DNA of 64,000 bases from positions 672,001 to 736,000 of the forward strand of contig CAVXPZ010000003.1 in assembly GCA_963763775.1 (NCBI GenBank). Direction: 5' to 3'. The first letter of the stretch is position 1; each line of letters opens with the position of its first letter. Below the pieces are notes generated by a model. It was not told the origin of the DNA. It saw only the letters and a program-made list of their open reading frames with translations, and searched no databases. Positions 40,742-51,165 of this stretch are shown one piece after another. This stretch comes from an uncultured Chloroflexia bacterium. GTDB taxonomy: Bacteria; Chloroflexota; Limnocylindria; Limnocylindrales; CSP1-4. Both the position numbers and the translations under genes were made by a program.

Positions 40742-41747
40742 GTGACCGTGGTCGCGATCGAGGAACGCCAGTCGTCGTGGCAGGACGTCGTGCTGCCCCT
40801 CACCGAACGGCTGGCCGCGGGTCCGGCGACCGATGTCCGCAGCGACGACGCATGGGCCGAGGCCGGCCGCAAGGTCCTCGGCTACCACTTCGCCAGGGTC
40901 CTGGCCCGAGTCCCCGGCGTCGTCGCCGGGGAGGATCCGGAAGAGGTCCACGCGATGCGCGTGGCGGCCCGCCGGATGCGGGCGGCCTGGCGGGTGTTCG
41001 GCGACGCGTACGACCGCGGGACCACCCGCGCGTATCTCGACGACCTGCGCTCGCTCGGTGGTCGGCTCGGGGTCGTCCGCGATCTCGACGTCCGGATCGG
41101 CATCCTCGTCGCCTACGGGGAGCGACGGTCGAAGCGCGACCGGACCGGGCTCAAGCCCCTGCTCAGCGCCTGGCAGGCGGACCGGGTCGCCCGGCACGCC
41201 GAACTCGTCGAGGTGCTGACGTCCAGCTGGTTCACCGACATGGCGGCGGGGCTCGCCGCCTTCGCGGAGACCCCGGGGGCCTCGGCGCGCCCGGTCGTCC
41301 TGCGGACGCCGAACATCGTCCGCGACCGGGCGCCGGCCGTGGTCTGGGACGAGTACCAGGTCGTCTCGGCGTTCGCCGGCGGCCTGGACCGGGCCGACGT
41401 GGCGACGCTCCATGAGCTTCGGATCGCGGCGAAATGGCTGCGCTACACGCTGGAGTTCCTGCGCGAGCCGATGGGGCCGCCGGCCGGCGAGTTGATCCGT
41501 CGTGTCGTGGTCCTCCAGGACTACCTCGGCGACATCCACGACCTGCATGCGGCGGCCGTGTCGGCGGACGCGTACGCGACCGGGGCGCGTCGCCCTCACG
41601 GCGCCGACGACCGCGGCGATCGGCCGGTTCGTCGGCTACCAGGACGCCCGGGTCGAGCGGCTGCGCCGGCGGGTCGAGCCCGCGTGGGAGGGGGTCGCCG
41701 AGTCCGAGTATCGCCGTCGGCTCGGGCGCGCGGTCGCTCGCCTCTAG
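40742..41747 (+). CDS. CHAD-domain (polyphosphate-binding) protein, frameshift near 41590
   Basis: EEVHAMRVAARRMRA, LGVVRDLDV, LHELRIAAKWLRYTLE, LQDYLGDIHD. Confidence 0.88.
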
Positions 41748-41878
41748 GCGGTCGCGTCATCCGGTTCGGACGACGACACGCCGACCCGCACCCCGCACAC
41801 TCGGGGTCCACCCGGCATCGTGGGGACGGCGCGACGGCGCGTCGGCGAACGGCCGGTGACCTCAGGAGGCAGCACCAC

Positions 41879-42490
41879 ATGACCGATCAGCAGGACCCGG
41901 CGCAGGCGCCGGTCTATGTCGCATCCGCCGTCGTCGCGGACGAGCAAGGGGTCGAGGCCGCGGGCACGATCGTGATGCAGGGCGACGCGGTGCTTCTCGC
42001 CGCGCGGTTCGCCGACCCGGCCGCCGCTGGCGCGGCCTACGACCGGCTGCGCGAGGCCGAGGCCAACCAGGAGCTCAACATCGACGGCGTGCTCGTGGCT
42101 GACGCCGATGCCGACGGCAAGATCAACGTCCGCAAGCTGACCGACCACCACACACGTCGCGGCACCAAGTGGGGCATCATCGGCGGCGCCGCGCTCGCCG
42201 TGATCTTTCCCCCGAGCCTCATCGCGGGCGCCATCGCCGGCGGGGCGGCTGGGGCGATCATCGGCAAGGCCGGCAACGTGGTCCAGAAGAGCAAGGTGGC
42301 CGACGAGCTTGCCGGCGTCATCACGCCCGGCACGTCGGGCATCATCGCCGTCCTCGACCTGAACGCCGTCGAGCAGGTCAAGGCGGCCCTTCCGGAGGCC
42401 ACCGAGATCAAGACCGTCCCGGTGGACGCGGAGACGGCGACCGCGATGACCGTGGCCGCGCAGTCGGCCGGGGACACGTCCGCCGCCTGA
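41879..42490 (+). CDS. DUF1269-like membrane protein with a Gly-zipper
   Basis: AGGAGG RBS; GIIGG..FPP..GAAGAIIG, PGTSGII. Confidence 0.75.
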   Translation: MTDQQDPAQAPVYVASAVVADEQGVEAAGTIVMQGDAVLLAARFADPAAAGAAYDRLREAEANQELNIDGVLVADADADGKINVRKLTDHHTRRGTKWGIIGGAALAVIFPPSLIAGAIAGGAAGAIIGKAGNVVQKSKVADELAGVITPGTSGIIAVLDLNAVEQVKAALPEATEIKTVPVDAETATAMTVAAQSAGDTSAA

Positions 42491-42547
42491 GCCGGCTGAA
42501 CCGCCTGGGTCCGGCGCCGGTTCGCCGGCTCCGGACCCGTCCCCGGG

Positions 42548-43930
42548 TCAGACGCCGCTCTGCGCCGTGACCCGTCCCGACTTGATCGCGGCGAGCAGCG
42601 CCGCGTGGTCCTGCTCGTTCTGGTCGGCATACGCCTCGGCGAAGGTCGCCATCGCGTGCTCGAAGGCGTTGTCCGTCCCCAGATAGCCGGCGATGGTCGC
42701 CGGCTGCCCCGAGCGAGCGTGACCGCGAGCGAGCGCCCAGGCGCACAGCTCGCCCCACGTCGCGAGCTCCTCGAGGGTCATCGTCTCGATGACCGCGCTG
42801 CCCTTCTGGTCCTGGAGCTGGCGGATGTAGACGTTGCCGCCGTGCGGGCCGACCGCCCATCCGAGGAGGATGTCGCTCGCGCCCTGGAGCCGCCGCTGGC
42901 CGGTGACGACGCGCTCCCCGTGACTCGCTCGCCCGCTCGGTCGCAGGTAGCGCTCGTAGACCGATGCCTCGGCCTGCTTGGCCTGGAGGAAGAGGGGGTC
43001 GTCCTCCGCGTCGCCGAGGAACAGCGCCACGAAGGCCCCCAGCCCGACGCTCCCGACGCCGACCACCTTGAGGGCGAAGTCGGCGAGCCGATACCGGTCG
43101 AGCAGGACCCGGCGGTCCTCCTGCACGGTCTCGCGATAGTCGGTGAGGGTGGAATTGGCGATGAACGAGGAGATCTCCTCGCGCCTTACGAGCGTCGGCG
43201 GTCGTTCGACGATCCGTCGCCGCCCGTCGACGACGGCGGTCAGCTTCGGGAGCTCGTGGACGGCGTCGTGGTGCGCCGTGGACTTCACCGTTCCCTCGAT
43301 CATGGCTCGAGCGTGCTTGTCCACGTACGCGAGGACCCCGGTCGCGTCGACCCGGGCGTAGTAGACGTCGATGGCCGGCATCGTGGCGTAGCCACCCATC
43401 CGGTCCCGGTAGGAGCGGACGGCCCGATGGACGATGTGGCGGTTGTCCCGCGCATCGAAGCCGCGATCGCGCCCGGCGACGACGAGGCTGGCCGCGAGCC
43501 GCTTCAGGTCGAACTCGAACGGGCCTCGGAGGGTCTCGTCGAAGTCGTTGATGTCGAAGAGCAGGTCGCGCTCCGGTGAGGCGAACAGGCCGAAGTTGAC
43601 GAGGTGGGCGTCCCCGCAGAGCTGGACCTCGACCTCGGTGCGGGCGCCGGCGGAGAGGTCCGCAGCCATCGGCAGCGCCGCGCCTCGAAAGAACGTGAAC
43701 GGGGAGATGGCCATGCGGCCGTATCGGACCGGGACCAGCTCCGGGATGCGCGTCGTCGCCTGTCCTTCCAGGAGCGCGATCGGATCCGGCCGATCCGCCG
43801 CCGGCTTCCATTCGCCGAGCGTGTCGGCCGGCACCGTCGAGCGCGCTGCCTCGCCGGCCGCGCGCCGCTCCTCACGGGTCTGTCGGGTCCCGGACGGCCA
43901 TCCGTCGGTGGATGCTTCGACCTGGGGCAT
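42548..43930 (-). CDS. DUF2252 family protein
   Basis: RYGRM.SPFTFFRG, CGDAHL.NFG, FDINDFDE, KVVGVGSVG, QAKQA, LARGHARS. Confidence 0.92.
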   Translation of the reverse strand: MPQVEASTDGWPSGTRQTREERRAAGEAARSTVPADTLGEWKPAADRPDPIALLEGQATTRIPELVPVRYGRMAISPFTFFRGAALPMAADLSAGARTEVEVQLCGDAHLVNFGLFASPERDLLFDINDFDETLRGPFEFDLKRLAASLVVAGRDRGFDARDNRHIVHRAVRSYRDRMGGYATMPAIDVYYARVDATGVLAYVDKHARAMIEGTVKSTAHHDAVHELPKLTAVVDGRRRIVERPPTLVRREEISSFIANSTLTDYRETVQEDRRVLLDRYRLADFALKVVGVGSVGLGAFVALFLGDAEDDPLFLQAKQAEASVYERYLRPSGRASHGERVVTGQRRLQGASDILLGWAVGPHGGNVYIRQLQDQKGSAVIETMTLEELATWGELCAWALARGHARSGQPATIAGYLGTDNAFEHAMATFAEAYADQNEQDHAALLAAIKSGRVTAQSGV

Positions 43931-43962
43931 CGTGCCCCCCTTTCCTGTGTGCGGACCAGATG

Positions 43963-45690
43963 TCAGGCGGAGGCGGGTGGTGCGGCCACCGGCGGCAGCG
44001 CCTGATAGGCCAGGACGGCCTCGGTGATGGAGTCGTAGAAGTGGTCCTTGCCGATCTTCTCCGAGAGACCATACGCGTCGAGCTGGGCCCGCGCGTTCGG
44101 GCTCAGGTCGGCGACGACGAAGGTCACGCCCTTGCGGCCGAGCTCCTCGTTGATCTGGCGGACCGAGTCCGCGCCGGAATAGTCGATGTCGCCGATGGCT
44201 GACCCGGCGAGGACGAACCAGCGGAGCGGCGGGTCCGCGAACTCGACCAGATCCATGATCTCCTCCGTGAGCCGCGACGCGTTCGCATAGTAGATGCTGG
44301 CACCGAAGCGGTAGACGGCGAGGCCCGGCGCGGACTGCTTCGCCTCACCGAGCGGCACGCTCTCGATGACCCCGGCATTGGTCCGGACGAGCAGCGTGTC
44401 GTACGGCCGGTAGCTGTGGAAGATGTGCTCGACGATCGACAGGGCGATGGCGAGGACGATCCCCTGCTCGACGCCGACGACCACGACGACGAAAGCGGTC
44501 GCCGCGGCCACGGCAAACTCGCCCTTGCGGAGTCGATAGATCTCCGCCATGCCCTTGTAGTCGATGAGCCGAAGGCCGATCAGGAAGACGACCGACGCCA
44601 GGACGGCTTTCGGCATGTACGCCAGGGGACCGGTCAGGAACAGCAGGACGACGATCACGATCCCAGCGGCCGTCAACTGGGCGATCTGCGTGCGCCCGCC
44701 GGCGCTGTCGACCATCTCGGTCTTGGTCGGACTGCCGTTGACGACGAACGTCCCGGAGAACGACGCCGCGACGCTGGCCGCGCCGAGCCCGATCAGGTCG
44801 ACGTTCTCATCGAAGCTGTCGGAGTACTTCATCGCGTAGGCTCGCGAGGTCGCGGCGCTCTGGGCGAGGATGACGATGACCAGGGAGACGACCGTCGGCA
44901 CCAGCGCCGAGATCGTGGCCTGGTTCATCACCTCCGTCGGGAAGCCCCAGGCCGGAAGCCCGCCAGGCACCGTCCCGAGCACGGCCACGCCGTCGGCCTG
45001 GAGGTCGAGGGCGTAGCTCGCGACGATCGCGACCACGACGGCGATCAAGGCGCCAGGGATCGCCTTGTTCACGCGGCCCAGGCCGACGATGGTGGCCAGG
45101 ACGAAGATCGAAACGGCCAGCGTCGCGGTGACGGTCTCACTCGGGATCAGCTTGAGGGTCTCGACGAACTTCTCGACCGTTCCACCGGACTGGCTCGGGA
45201 TCCCGAACATGCCCCCGACCTGACCCATCGCGACCTGGATCCCGACGCCGGTCAGGAACCCGATCAGGACGCTTCGAGACAGGAAGTTGGCGATGAATCC
45301 GAGCTTGAGGACCCTGGCCAGGATGAGGAGGACGCCGCACATGAGCGCGGCCAGGGATGCCGTCTCGACGTACTGCGTGGAGTCCTGCGTGAGGCCCATC
45401 GCGACGAGACCCGTGGCCATGATCGCGGCCGTCGCCGAGTCGGCGCCGACCACCAGGTGCCGCGACGACCCGAGGATCGCGAAGGCGATGATCGGCAGGA
45501 TGATCGTGTACAGGCCCGTGATGACGGGCATGCCGGCGATCGTCGTGTACCCCATGACCTCGGGGATGGCCAGCGCGGCCAGGGTCGCCCCGGCGATCAC
45601 GTCGACGCCGACGCGGGACATGTCGATGGGCAGGATGCCCTCGAAGAGCGGGAACGGCTTCTTGCCCCGCCGCGCCTGGGTCGTCGCCAC
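43963..45690 (-). CDS. SulP family anion permease with STAS domain
   Basis: AIPEVMGY, GSSRHLVVGADSAT, VNGSPTKT, C-terminal YYANA..DIDYSG. Confidence 0.93.
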   Translation of the reverse strand: MATTQARRGKKPFPLFEGILPIDMSRVGVDVIAGATLAALAIPEVMGYTTIAGMPVITGLYTIILPIIAFAILGSSRHLVVGADSATAAIMATGLVAMGLTQDSTQYVETASLAALMCGVLLILARVLKLGFIANFLSRSVLIGFLTGVGIQVAMGQVGGMFGIPSQSGGTVEKFVETLKLIPSETVTATLAVSIFVLATIVGLGRVNKAIPGALIAVVVAIVASYALDLQADGVAVLGTVPGGLPAWGFPTEVMNQATISALVPTVVSLVIVILAQSAATSRAYAMKYSDSFDENVDLIGLGAASVAASFSGTFVVNGSPTKTEMVDSAGGRTQIAQLTAAGIVIVVLLFLTGPLAYMPKAVLASVVFLIGLRLIDYKGMAEIYRLRKGEFAVAAATAFVVVVVGVEQGIVLAIALSIVEHIFHSYRPYDTLLVRTNAGVIESVPLGEAKQSAPGLAVYRFGASIYYANASRLTEEIMDLVEFADPPLRWFVLAGSAIGDIDYSGADSVRQINEELGRKGVTFVVADLSPNARAQLDAYGLSEKIGKDHFYDSITEAVLAYQALPPVAAPPASA

Positions 45691-45883
45691 TTACGCCCTT
45701 CCTCCGTGTCCCGGGACCGGTCTCGAGGCGCGCGCTGGTCGCGCCGCATCGGTCACGCCGACGGCCGTGGTCCCCTCCGTCGTCGCATGCTGGCACCCAC
45801 CGGCAACGGCGCCATCATCCGTTGCGGGTGACGGGTCTCGGCGGGATCGCAGGACTCGCCCGGACCCCGCAGAGCTCGATTCG

Positions 45884-46705
45884 CTAGAGTCCGGTCGGAT
45901 CCTCGTCGAGGATGCCCTGGGCGGCTTCGGCGCCTGCTTTGGTGGCCTTGCCCTTGAGGATGTACTCGAACACGACCGCGGCCATGGCTCCGAGGAGCGG
46001 CCCGATCAGGTAGATGTAGTAGTTGGTCAGGTCGCCGCCGACGAGCATCGGCGCGAGCGAACGGGCGGGGTTCATCGAGGCGCCGGTGACCGGGGCGCCC
46101 CAGACCGACACGAGCCCGATGTACGCCCCGACCGCGATCGCCCCGTTGATGCCGACGTTGCGCGCACCCGACGCCGTGCCGAGGATGACGCTGACCAAGC
46201 CGAGCGTGAGCACGGCTTCGGTCAGGACGGCCACGAGCGGGCTGACCGACGGCGTCGGCTCGGTCGCGCCGTTGAGGATCCCGCCGTACATGGCATTGAG
46301 GAACAGCGCGGCGAGGACGGCCCCGACGACCTCGGCGACGATGTAGCCGGGAACGCGACGCCACGGGAAGTTGCCGCGCACGGCGAACGCCAGGGTCACG
46401 GCCGGATTGAGGTGCGCCCCCGAGATCGTGCCCATGAAGAAGATGACGCCCATGACCATCATGCCCGGGGCCAGCGCCTTCATCGGCAGCGTCAGGTCCG
46501 AGCCGAAGGCCGTGGCACCGATGACGCCACCGCCAGCGGCCACGAGCACCAGCAGGAACGTCCCCCACACCTCGGAAAAGAGCCGGCGGTACTCCAGCCG
46601 CGCGTCGTCGAACTGCGTGTCGGCCAGTCGTGCCGATGCTGTTCGCCGGGCGATGTAATCGAGGACCGGCTCTCCCGACCCGTGGCTCTTGGCGTTCTCG
46701 GTCAT
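45884..46705 (-). CDS. MIP family aquaporin
   Basis: SGAHLNPAVT and GASMNPARS. Confidence 0.93.
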   Translation of the reverse strand: MTENAKSHGSGEPVLDYIARRTASARLADTQFDDARLEYRRLFSEVWGTFLLVLVAAGGGVIGATAFGSDLTLPMKALAPGMMVMGVIFFMGTISGAHLNPAVTLAFAVRGNFPWRRVPGYIVAEVVGAVLAALFLNAMYGGILNGATEPTPSVSPLVAVLTEAVLTLGLVSVILGTASGARNVGINGAIAVGAYIGLVSVWGAPVTGASMNPARSLAPMLVGGDLTNYYIYLIGPLLGAMAAVVFEYILKGKATKAGAEAAQGILDEDPTGL

Positions 46706-46890
46706 CCTCGCTCCTCCACACGCTCCTGATCGGCCGGGCGTCGCGTCTGGCTCGGGCGAACCCGCGCTGGTCGGTGGCCCGGCGGAAGGCGCCATCATCC
46801 CACCCTCCTGACGAGGCGGGGCGGTGTTTTCGCCGATACGCCCCGCCGGCGGCTGGCGAGGGTCTGCTGCGTATGGCACGATCGGGCGCG

Positions 46891-48006
46891 ATGGCTCGCC
46901 TCCCCGTCCCGACCCTCCCGAGCCCGATCGTGCGACGCGTCGCGTGGCATGTCCGCCGCGTCGCCGGAAGCCTGGACCGGCATTTCTTCCTGACCCTCGC
47001 CGAGGGCATCGTCGGGTTCGTGATCGTGGCCGCCGTCCTCATCACGCTCTTCGAGAAGCCGTGGACGTTCGAGTCGATCTTCGACTCGTTCAACTGGGGG
47101 ATCGCGACGGTCCTCGGCCAGGGCGACTCGAGTTTCGTGACCTCACCGGCCGGTCGGGCGATCAGCTGGTTGCTGATCCTGTTCGGGGTCGCCATGCTCG
47201 GCATGATCACCGGCGCGCTCGTCGCGATGGTCATCGATTTCCTGCTGAAGGAGGGCCAGGGATTGGGTGCGTCCGGGTTCAACGACCACATCGTCGTCTG
47301 CGGCTGGAACGCGACCGCTCGCGACCTCATCGACGAGCTCCGCGGGGACGATTACAAGCAGAAGATCGTGCTCCTCGCCGACATCGAGAAGAACCCGGCT
47401 CGCGACAGCGTCTATTTCGTCCGGGGCGACGCCACCAACGCCGACGACCTGGACCGCGCCGACATCGAGGAGGCCTCGGCGGCGATCGTCTTCCCGGTCG
47501 ACGGATCGGATGAGGCGGACATGCACTCGATCCTGACGATCATGGCCATCAAGTCCGTGGCCCCGAACGTTCGGACCGTTTCTGAGGTGAACAACCCGCG
47601 CCACGAACCGCACTTCCTGCGGGCCGAAGTGGACGAGCTGCTCGTCACGTCCAAAGTGGCCTCGCACCTCCTCGCCCGGTCCGCCCTGTACCCGGGTCTG
47701 ACGGGGATCATCACGGACATCGTGTCCGGCGGCGAGGGGTCCGAGCTGTACCGCGTCGTGCTGCCCGAGGACTACATCGGGCTATCGATCGACGCGGTCT
47801 CGGCGCGGTTGCGCGACGAGCATCGCGCCACGCTGCTCTCGGTGAATTGCGGCGGGCACGCGTTCGTGAACCCGGCCGCGGACTTTGCGCTCGAACCCGG
47901 CGACGACGCCGTGGTCGTCGCCGAATTGCTCGGCGAGCTGGCGCCACTCGATATCCGCGACATGTCAACGCCGTCTCGGTCTGCCTCGGTGGTGCCGAGC
48001 GCCTGA
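46891..48006 (+). CDS. Two-TM ion channel with RCK (TrkA-N/C) domains and a non-canonical filter
   Basis: TM1, pore region WGIATVLGQGD, TM2, HIVVCGWN, GDAT, RCK_C-like tail. Confidence 0.85.
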   Translation: MARLPVPTLPSPIVRRVAWHVRRVAGSLDRHFFLTLAEGIVGFVIVAAVLITLFEKPWTFESIFDSFNWGIATVLGQGDSSFVTSPAGRAISWLLILFGVAMLGMITGALVAMVIDFLLKEGQGLGASGFNDHIVVCGWNATARDLIDELRGDDYKQKIVLLADIEKNPARDSVYFVRGDATNADDLDRADIEEASAAIVFPVDGSDEADMHSILTIMAIKSVAPNVRTVSEVNNPRHEPHFLRAEVDELLVTSKVASHLLARSALYPGLTGIITDIVSGGEGSELYRVVLPEDYIGLSIDAVSARLRDEHRATLLSVNCGGHAFVNPAADFALEPGDDAVVVAELLGELAPLDIRDMSTPSRSASVVPSA

Positions 48007-48022
48007 CGCCGCCGCCGGGCGT

Positions 48023-49372
48023 CTACGGGCCCGCGGGATGCTCGTCCCGGCGTCGGAACGTGCCTGCCGATAGGAAGATCCCGCGCCCATGGAGGGCCGT
48101 GGTATAGGCGGAGCCCGGCTGGAATGGCTTCGCGAGGGCATAGCCGATGGCCGCCGCGATGACGAGCGGCACGAGCATCTCGTAGCTGCCGACCATCTCG
48201 AAGACCATCAACGCGCCGAAGACGGGTGCATGGAAGCTTCCCGCGAGCATGGCCGCCACGCCGACCATCGCGAACACCACCGGCGACAGGTGGGCGTCCG
48301 GGAACAGCGCGATCGCCACGGTTCCGACCGCCGCCCCGAGCGTCGATCCGATGAGCATCGCCGGTCCGATCACGCCACCGACGAAACCGGCGCCGAGGCT
48401 GGACGGCGTCAGGATCGTCTCGGCGATCGCGAGGGCGATCAGGGTCGCCAAGGGGATCGTCGCTCCCCCGAACAGCTGCTTCATGGTGGCGGTGCCGGTG
48501 CCCATGACCTCGGGCAGCCAGATCGCCACGAGTCCCACGAGCGCAGCCGCGAGGACCATCCGGCCCATCGGCACGAGCCGGATGCGGCCCCAGAGCGGCT
48601 TCAGCCGCGCGATGAGGTCCACGTAGGCGATCGCCGCGAACCCTGCCAGGACGGCCGCGGCCAGGTAGATCAGCAGCGTGGCGTCCCAGTGGACGACGCC
48701 AGGCGGCACGGGATAGGTCGCGGGCGTGCCGACCAACTCGTACGTCACCAGGCCGGCGACCCCCACCGCGATGAGTGTCGGCACCACGAACACGATCCCG
48801 CCGAAACCGCCGAGGACCACCTCGAGCGCGAAGACGATCGCGGCGAGCTGGGCCAGGAAGGTCGAGGAGATGCCTGCCGCGACGCCAGCCACGGCCAGGG
48901 ACCGGACGAACGCCGCCGGCCACCCGAATCGGACGGCCGCGAACGATCCGATGTGGGCCCCGATCATCGCGGACGGGGTGTCGGCGCCGACGGGCAGCCC
49001 GAATCCGATGCCGACCACGGATCCGCCGACCCAGACCGCGGCGTTCGCGTGGTCGAGGCCCCGAGCGTCGGCCTCGACTCGGTCGATGATGTGCGGCATC
49101 CCGACCAGTGGCACGGGACGCAGGAACCGCATGACGAGCGCGACGGCGACCCCGCCCAGCGCCAGGATCGGCACGAGGGTCCACGCACCGAGCGGCGCGA
49201 CCGCGGCCCCGAGGCCATCGAAGACGACTTGATGGATCAGCCCGAAGGCCTGGTTGAAGAGCCAGACGCCGATAGCCGTGACCGCGCCGAGGGCCGCCGC
49301 CGCGACGCCGAGCCCGACGTACGACGCCCTCGTCGGGCTTGGGTCGTCCCCGCCGACGACCGTCGTTGACAT
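48023..49372 (-). CDS. ClC family chloride channel/transporter, divergent
   Basis: GVAAGISSTF, FALE, PEVMGTG, GFVGGVIGP, HAPVFG..FEM..Y; no CBS domains. Confidence 0.85.
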   Translation of the reverse strand: MSTTVVGGDDPSPTRASYVGLGVAAAALGAVTAIGVWLFNQAFGLIHQVVFDGLGAAVAPLGAWTLVPILALGGVAVALVMRFLRPVPLVGMPHIIDRVEADARGLDHANAAVWVGGSVVGIGFGLPVGADTPSAMIGAHIGSFAAVRFGWPAAFVRSLAVAGVAAGISSTFLAQLAAIVFALEVVLGGFGGIVFVVPTLIAVGVAGLVTYELVGTPATYPVPPGVVHWDATLLIYLAAAVLAGFAAIAYVDLIARLKPLWGRIRLVPMGRMVLAAALVGLVAIWLPEVMGTGTATMKQLFGGATIPLATLIALAIAETILTPSSLGAGFVGGVIGPAMLIGSTLGAAVGTVAIALFPDAHLSPVVFAMVGVAAMLAGSFHAPVFGALMVFEMVGSYEMLVPLVIAAAIGYALAKPFQPGSAYTTALHGRGIFLSAGTFRRRDEHPAGP

Positions 49373-49380
49373 CGGCGCGG

Positions 49381-50817
49381 CTACAGGGCCTTGACCGCGG
49401 CGGTCAGTGCGGCGAGCCCGTCCTTCGCATCGGCGAACAGCATCCCCGTCTTCGGGTCGGAGTACAGCTCGTTGTCGATGCCGGCGTAGCCCTTGCCCAT
49501 CGAGCGCTTGATCACGACGATGGACTTCGCGTGGTCGACATCGAGGATCGGCATCCCGGACACGGGCGAGCCGGGCCGACGGGCCGCCGGGTTCGTCACG
49601 TCGTTCGCGCCGATGACCAGCGCCACGTCGCAGCGGTCGAACTCCGGGTTGATGTCGTCCATCTCCTTGAGCTGGGGGTAGGGGACGTTGGCCTCGGCCA
49701 GGAGCACGTTCATGTGGCCCGGCATGCGGCCCGCCACCGGGTGGATGGCGTACTTGACGTCGACGCCGCGCTCCTCGAGGAGCTCGGCCAGCTCGCGGAC
49801 GGCGTGCTGTGCCTGGGCGACGGCGAGGCCGTAGCCCGGGACGATGATCACGGACTGGGCGTACGCGAGCTGGATGGCGACATCGTCGGCGCCGATCTCG
49901 CGGACGGTCCCGCCGGCCCCGTCGACCGCGCCGGCGGCATCGTCGCCGCCACCGAAGCCGCCCACCATGATGTTCATCACCGAGCGGTTCATCGCGTCGG
50001 CCATGAGCTTGGTGAGGATCGCGCCCGAGGCCCCGACGAGGGCGCCGGAGATGATCAGGACCGGGTTCCCGAGCACGAAGCCGGCCATCGCGGCGGCGGT
50101 GCCCGTGAACGAGTTCAGGAGGCTGATGACGACGGGCATGTCGGCGCCGCCGATCGGCAGCACCATCGTGACCCCGAAGATGAGGCCCGACAGGACCACG
50201 AGTCCGAGGATCACCAGGGTGGTCTCGCTGCTGAGCTCGATGGCGCCGGCGGCGCCGGCGATGAGCCCGATCGTCCCGAGGACGGCGACGACCGCCAGGG
50301 CGACCGTGATGAACCGGCCCCCGGGCAGGAAGATCGGCTTGCCGGCGATCAGGCCCTGGAGCTTGCCGCCCGCGATGAGCGAGCCGCTGAACGTCACGGA
50401 ACCGATGAGCGCCCCGAGCACGACGAAGATCGTCGTGTCGACCGGTGCGCCGTTGCTGAGCCGGATGAAGTCGTCGATCGCGACGAGGGCCGCGGCGCCG
50501 CCGCCGACCGCGTTGAACAGCGACACCAGCTGCGGCATCGCCGTCATCTTCACGGTCCGCGCGGTGTACAGGCCGGCGCCGCCGCCGATGAGGAAGCCGA
50601 CGACGATGATCGCGAGCGCGATCCCGCTCAGGCCGCCTTCACGCGTGAGCAGCCAGACGAACGTGGCACCGACCGCGATGACCATGCCGGCGGCGCTCAG
50701 CTGGTTGCCGCTCCGGCCCGTGGCGGGCGAGTTCATCCGGTGGAGGCCCAGCACGAAGCACGAGGCTCCGGCCAGCCAGGCCAGGTAGACGATGGTGTAG
50801 ATCCACTGCTGTGACAT
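49381..50817 (-). CDS. pntB: NAD(P) transhydrogenase subunit beta
   Basis: MPQLVSLFN, GGADMPVVISLLNS, PGYGLAVAQAQ, HPVAGRMPGHMNVLLAEA, GANDVTNP. Confidence 0.96.
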   Translation of the reverse strand: MSQQWIYTIVYLAWLAGASCFVLGLHRMNSPATGRSGNQLSAAGMVIAVGATFVWLLTREGGLSGIALAIIVVGFLIGGGAGLYTARTVKMTAMPQLVSLFNAVGGGAAALVAIDDFIRLSNGAPVDTTIFVVLGALIGSVTFSGSLIAGGKLQGLIAGKPIFLPGGRFITVALAVVAVLGTIGLIAGAAGAIELSSETTLVILGLVVLSGLIFGVTMVLPIGGADMPVVISLLNSFTGTAAAMAGFVLGNPVLIISGALVGASGAILTKLMADAMNRSVMNIMVGGFGGGDDAAGAVDGAGGTVREIGADDVAIQLAYAQSVIIVPGYGLAVAQAQHAVRELAELLEERGVDVKYAIHPVAGRMPGHMNVLLAEANVPYPQLKEMDDINPEFDRCDVALVIGANDVTNPAARRPGSPVSGMPILDVDHAKSIVVIKRSMGKGYAGIDNELYSDPKTGMLFADAKDGLAALTAAVKAL

Positions 50818-50832
50818 CGACGGGCTCCTCGG

Positions 50833-51165
50833 CTAGGCGCCGGGGGCGTCCGACGCGCCCTCGGTCCCGGCCTTGGGGGCCGTCGGCTTCTTGCGGAACA
50901 TCTGGAGCATCCGGTCGGTGACGACGTAGCCGCCGACGACGTTCATCGCCCCGAACACCATCGCGACGAACGCGAGGACGTAGCTCACCGGGTTGTCGGC
51001 CTCGGCCGCGATGATCATCGCGCCCACCAGGACGATGCCGTGGATCGAGTTCGCCCCCGACATCAGCGGGGTGTGCAGGGTCGCGGGGACCTTGCTGATG
51101 ACCTCGAAGCCGACGAGGATGGCCAGCGTGAAGATGGCCAGCGAGGTAAGGAGTTGGTCGCTCAC
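50833..51165 (-). CDS. pntA: NAD(P) transhydrogenase subunit alpha part 2 (membrane)
   Basis: KVPATLHTPLMSGANSIHG, NVVGGYVVTDRML. Confidence 0.93.
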   Translation of the reverse strand: MSDQLLTSLAIFTLAILVGFEVISKVPATLHTPLMSGANSIHGIVLVGAMIIAAEADNPVSYVLAFVAMVFGAMNVVGGYVVTDRMLQMFRKKPTAPKAGTEGASDAPGA

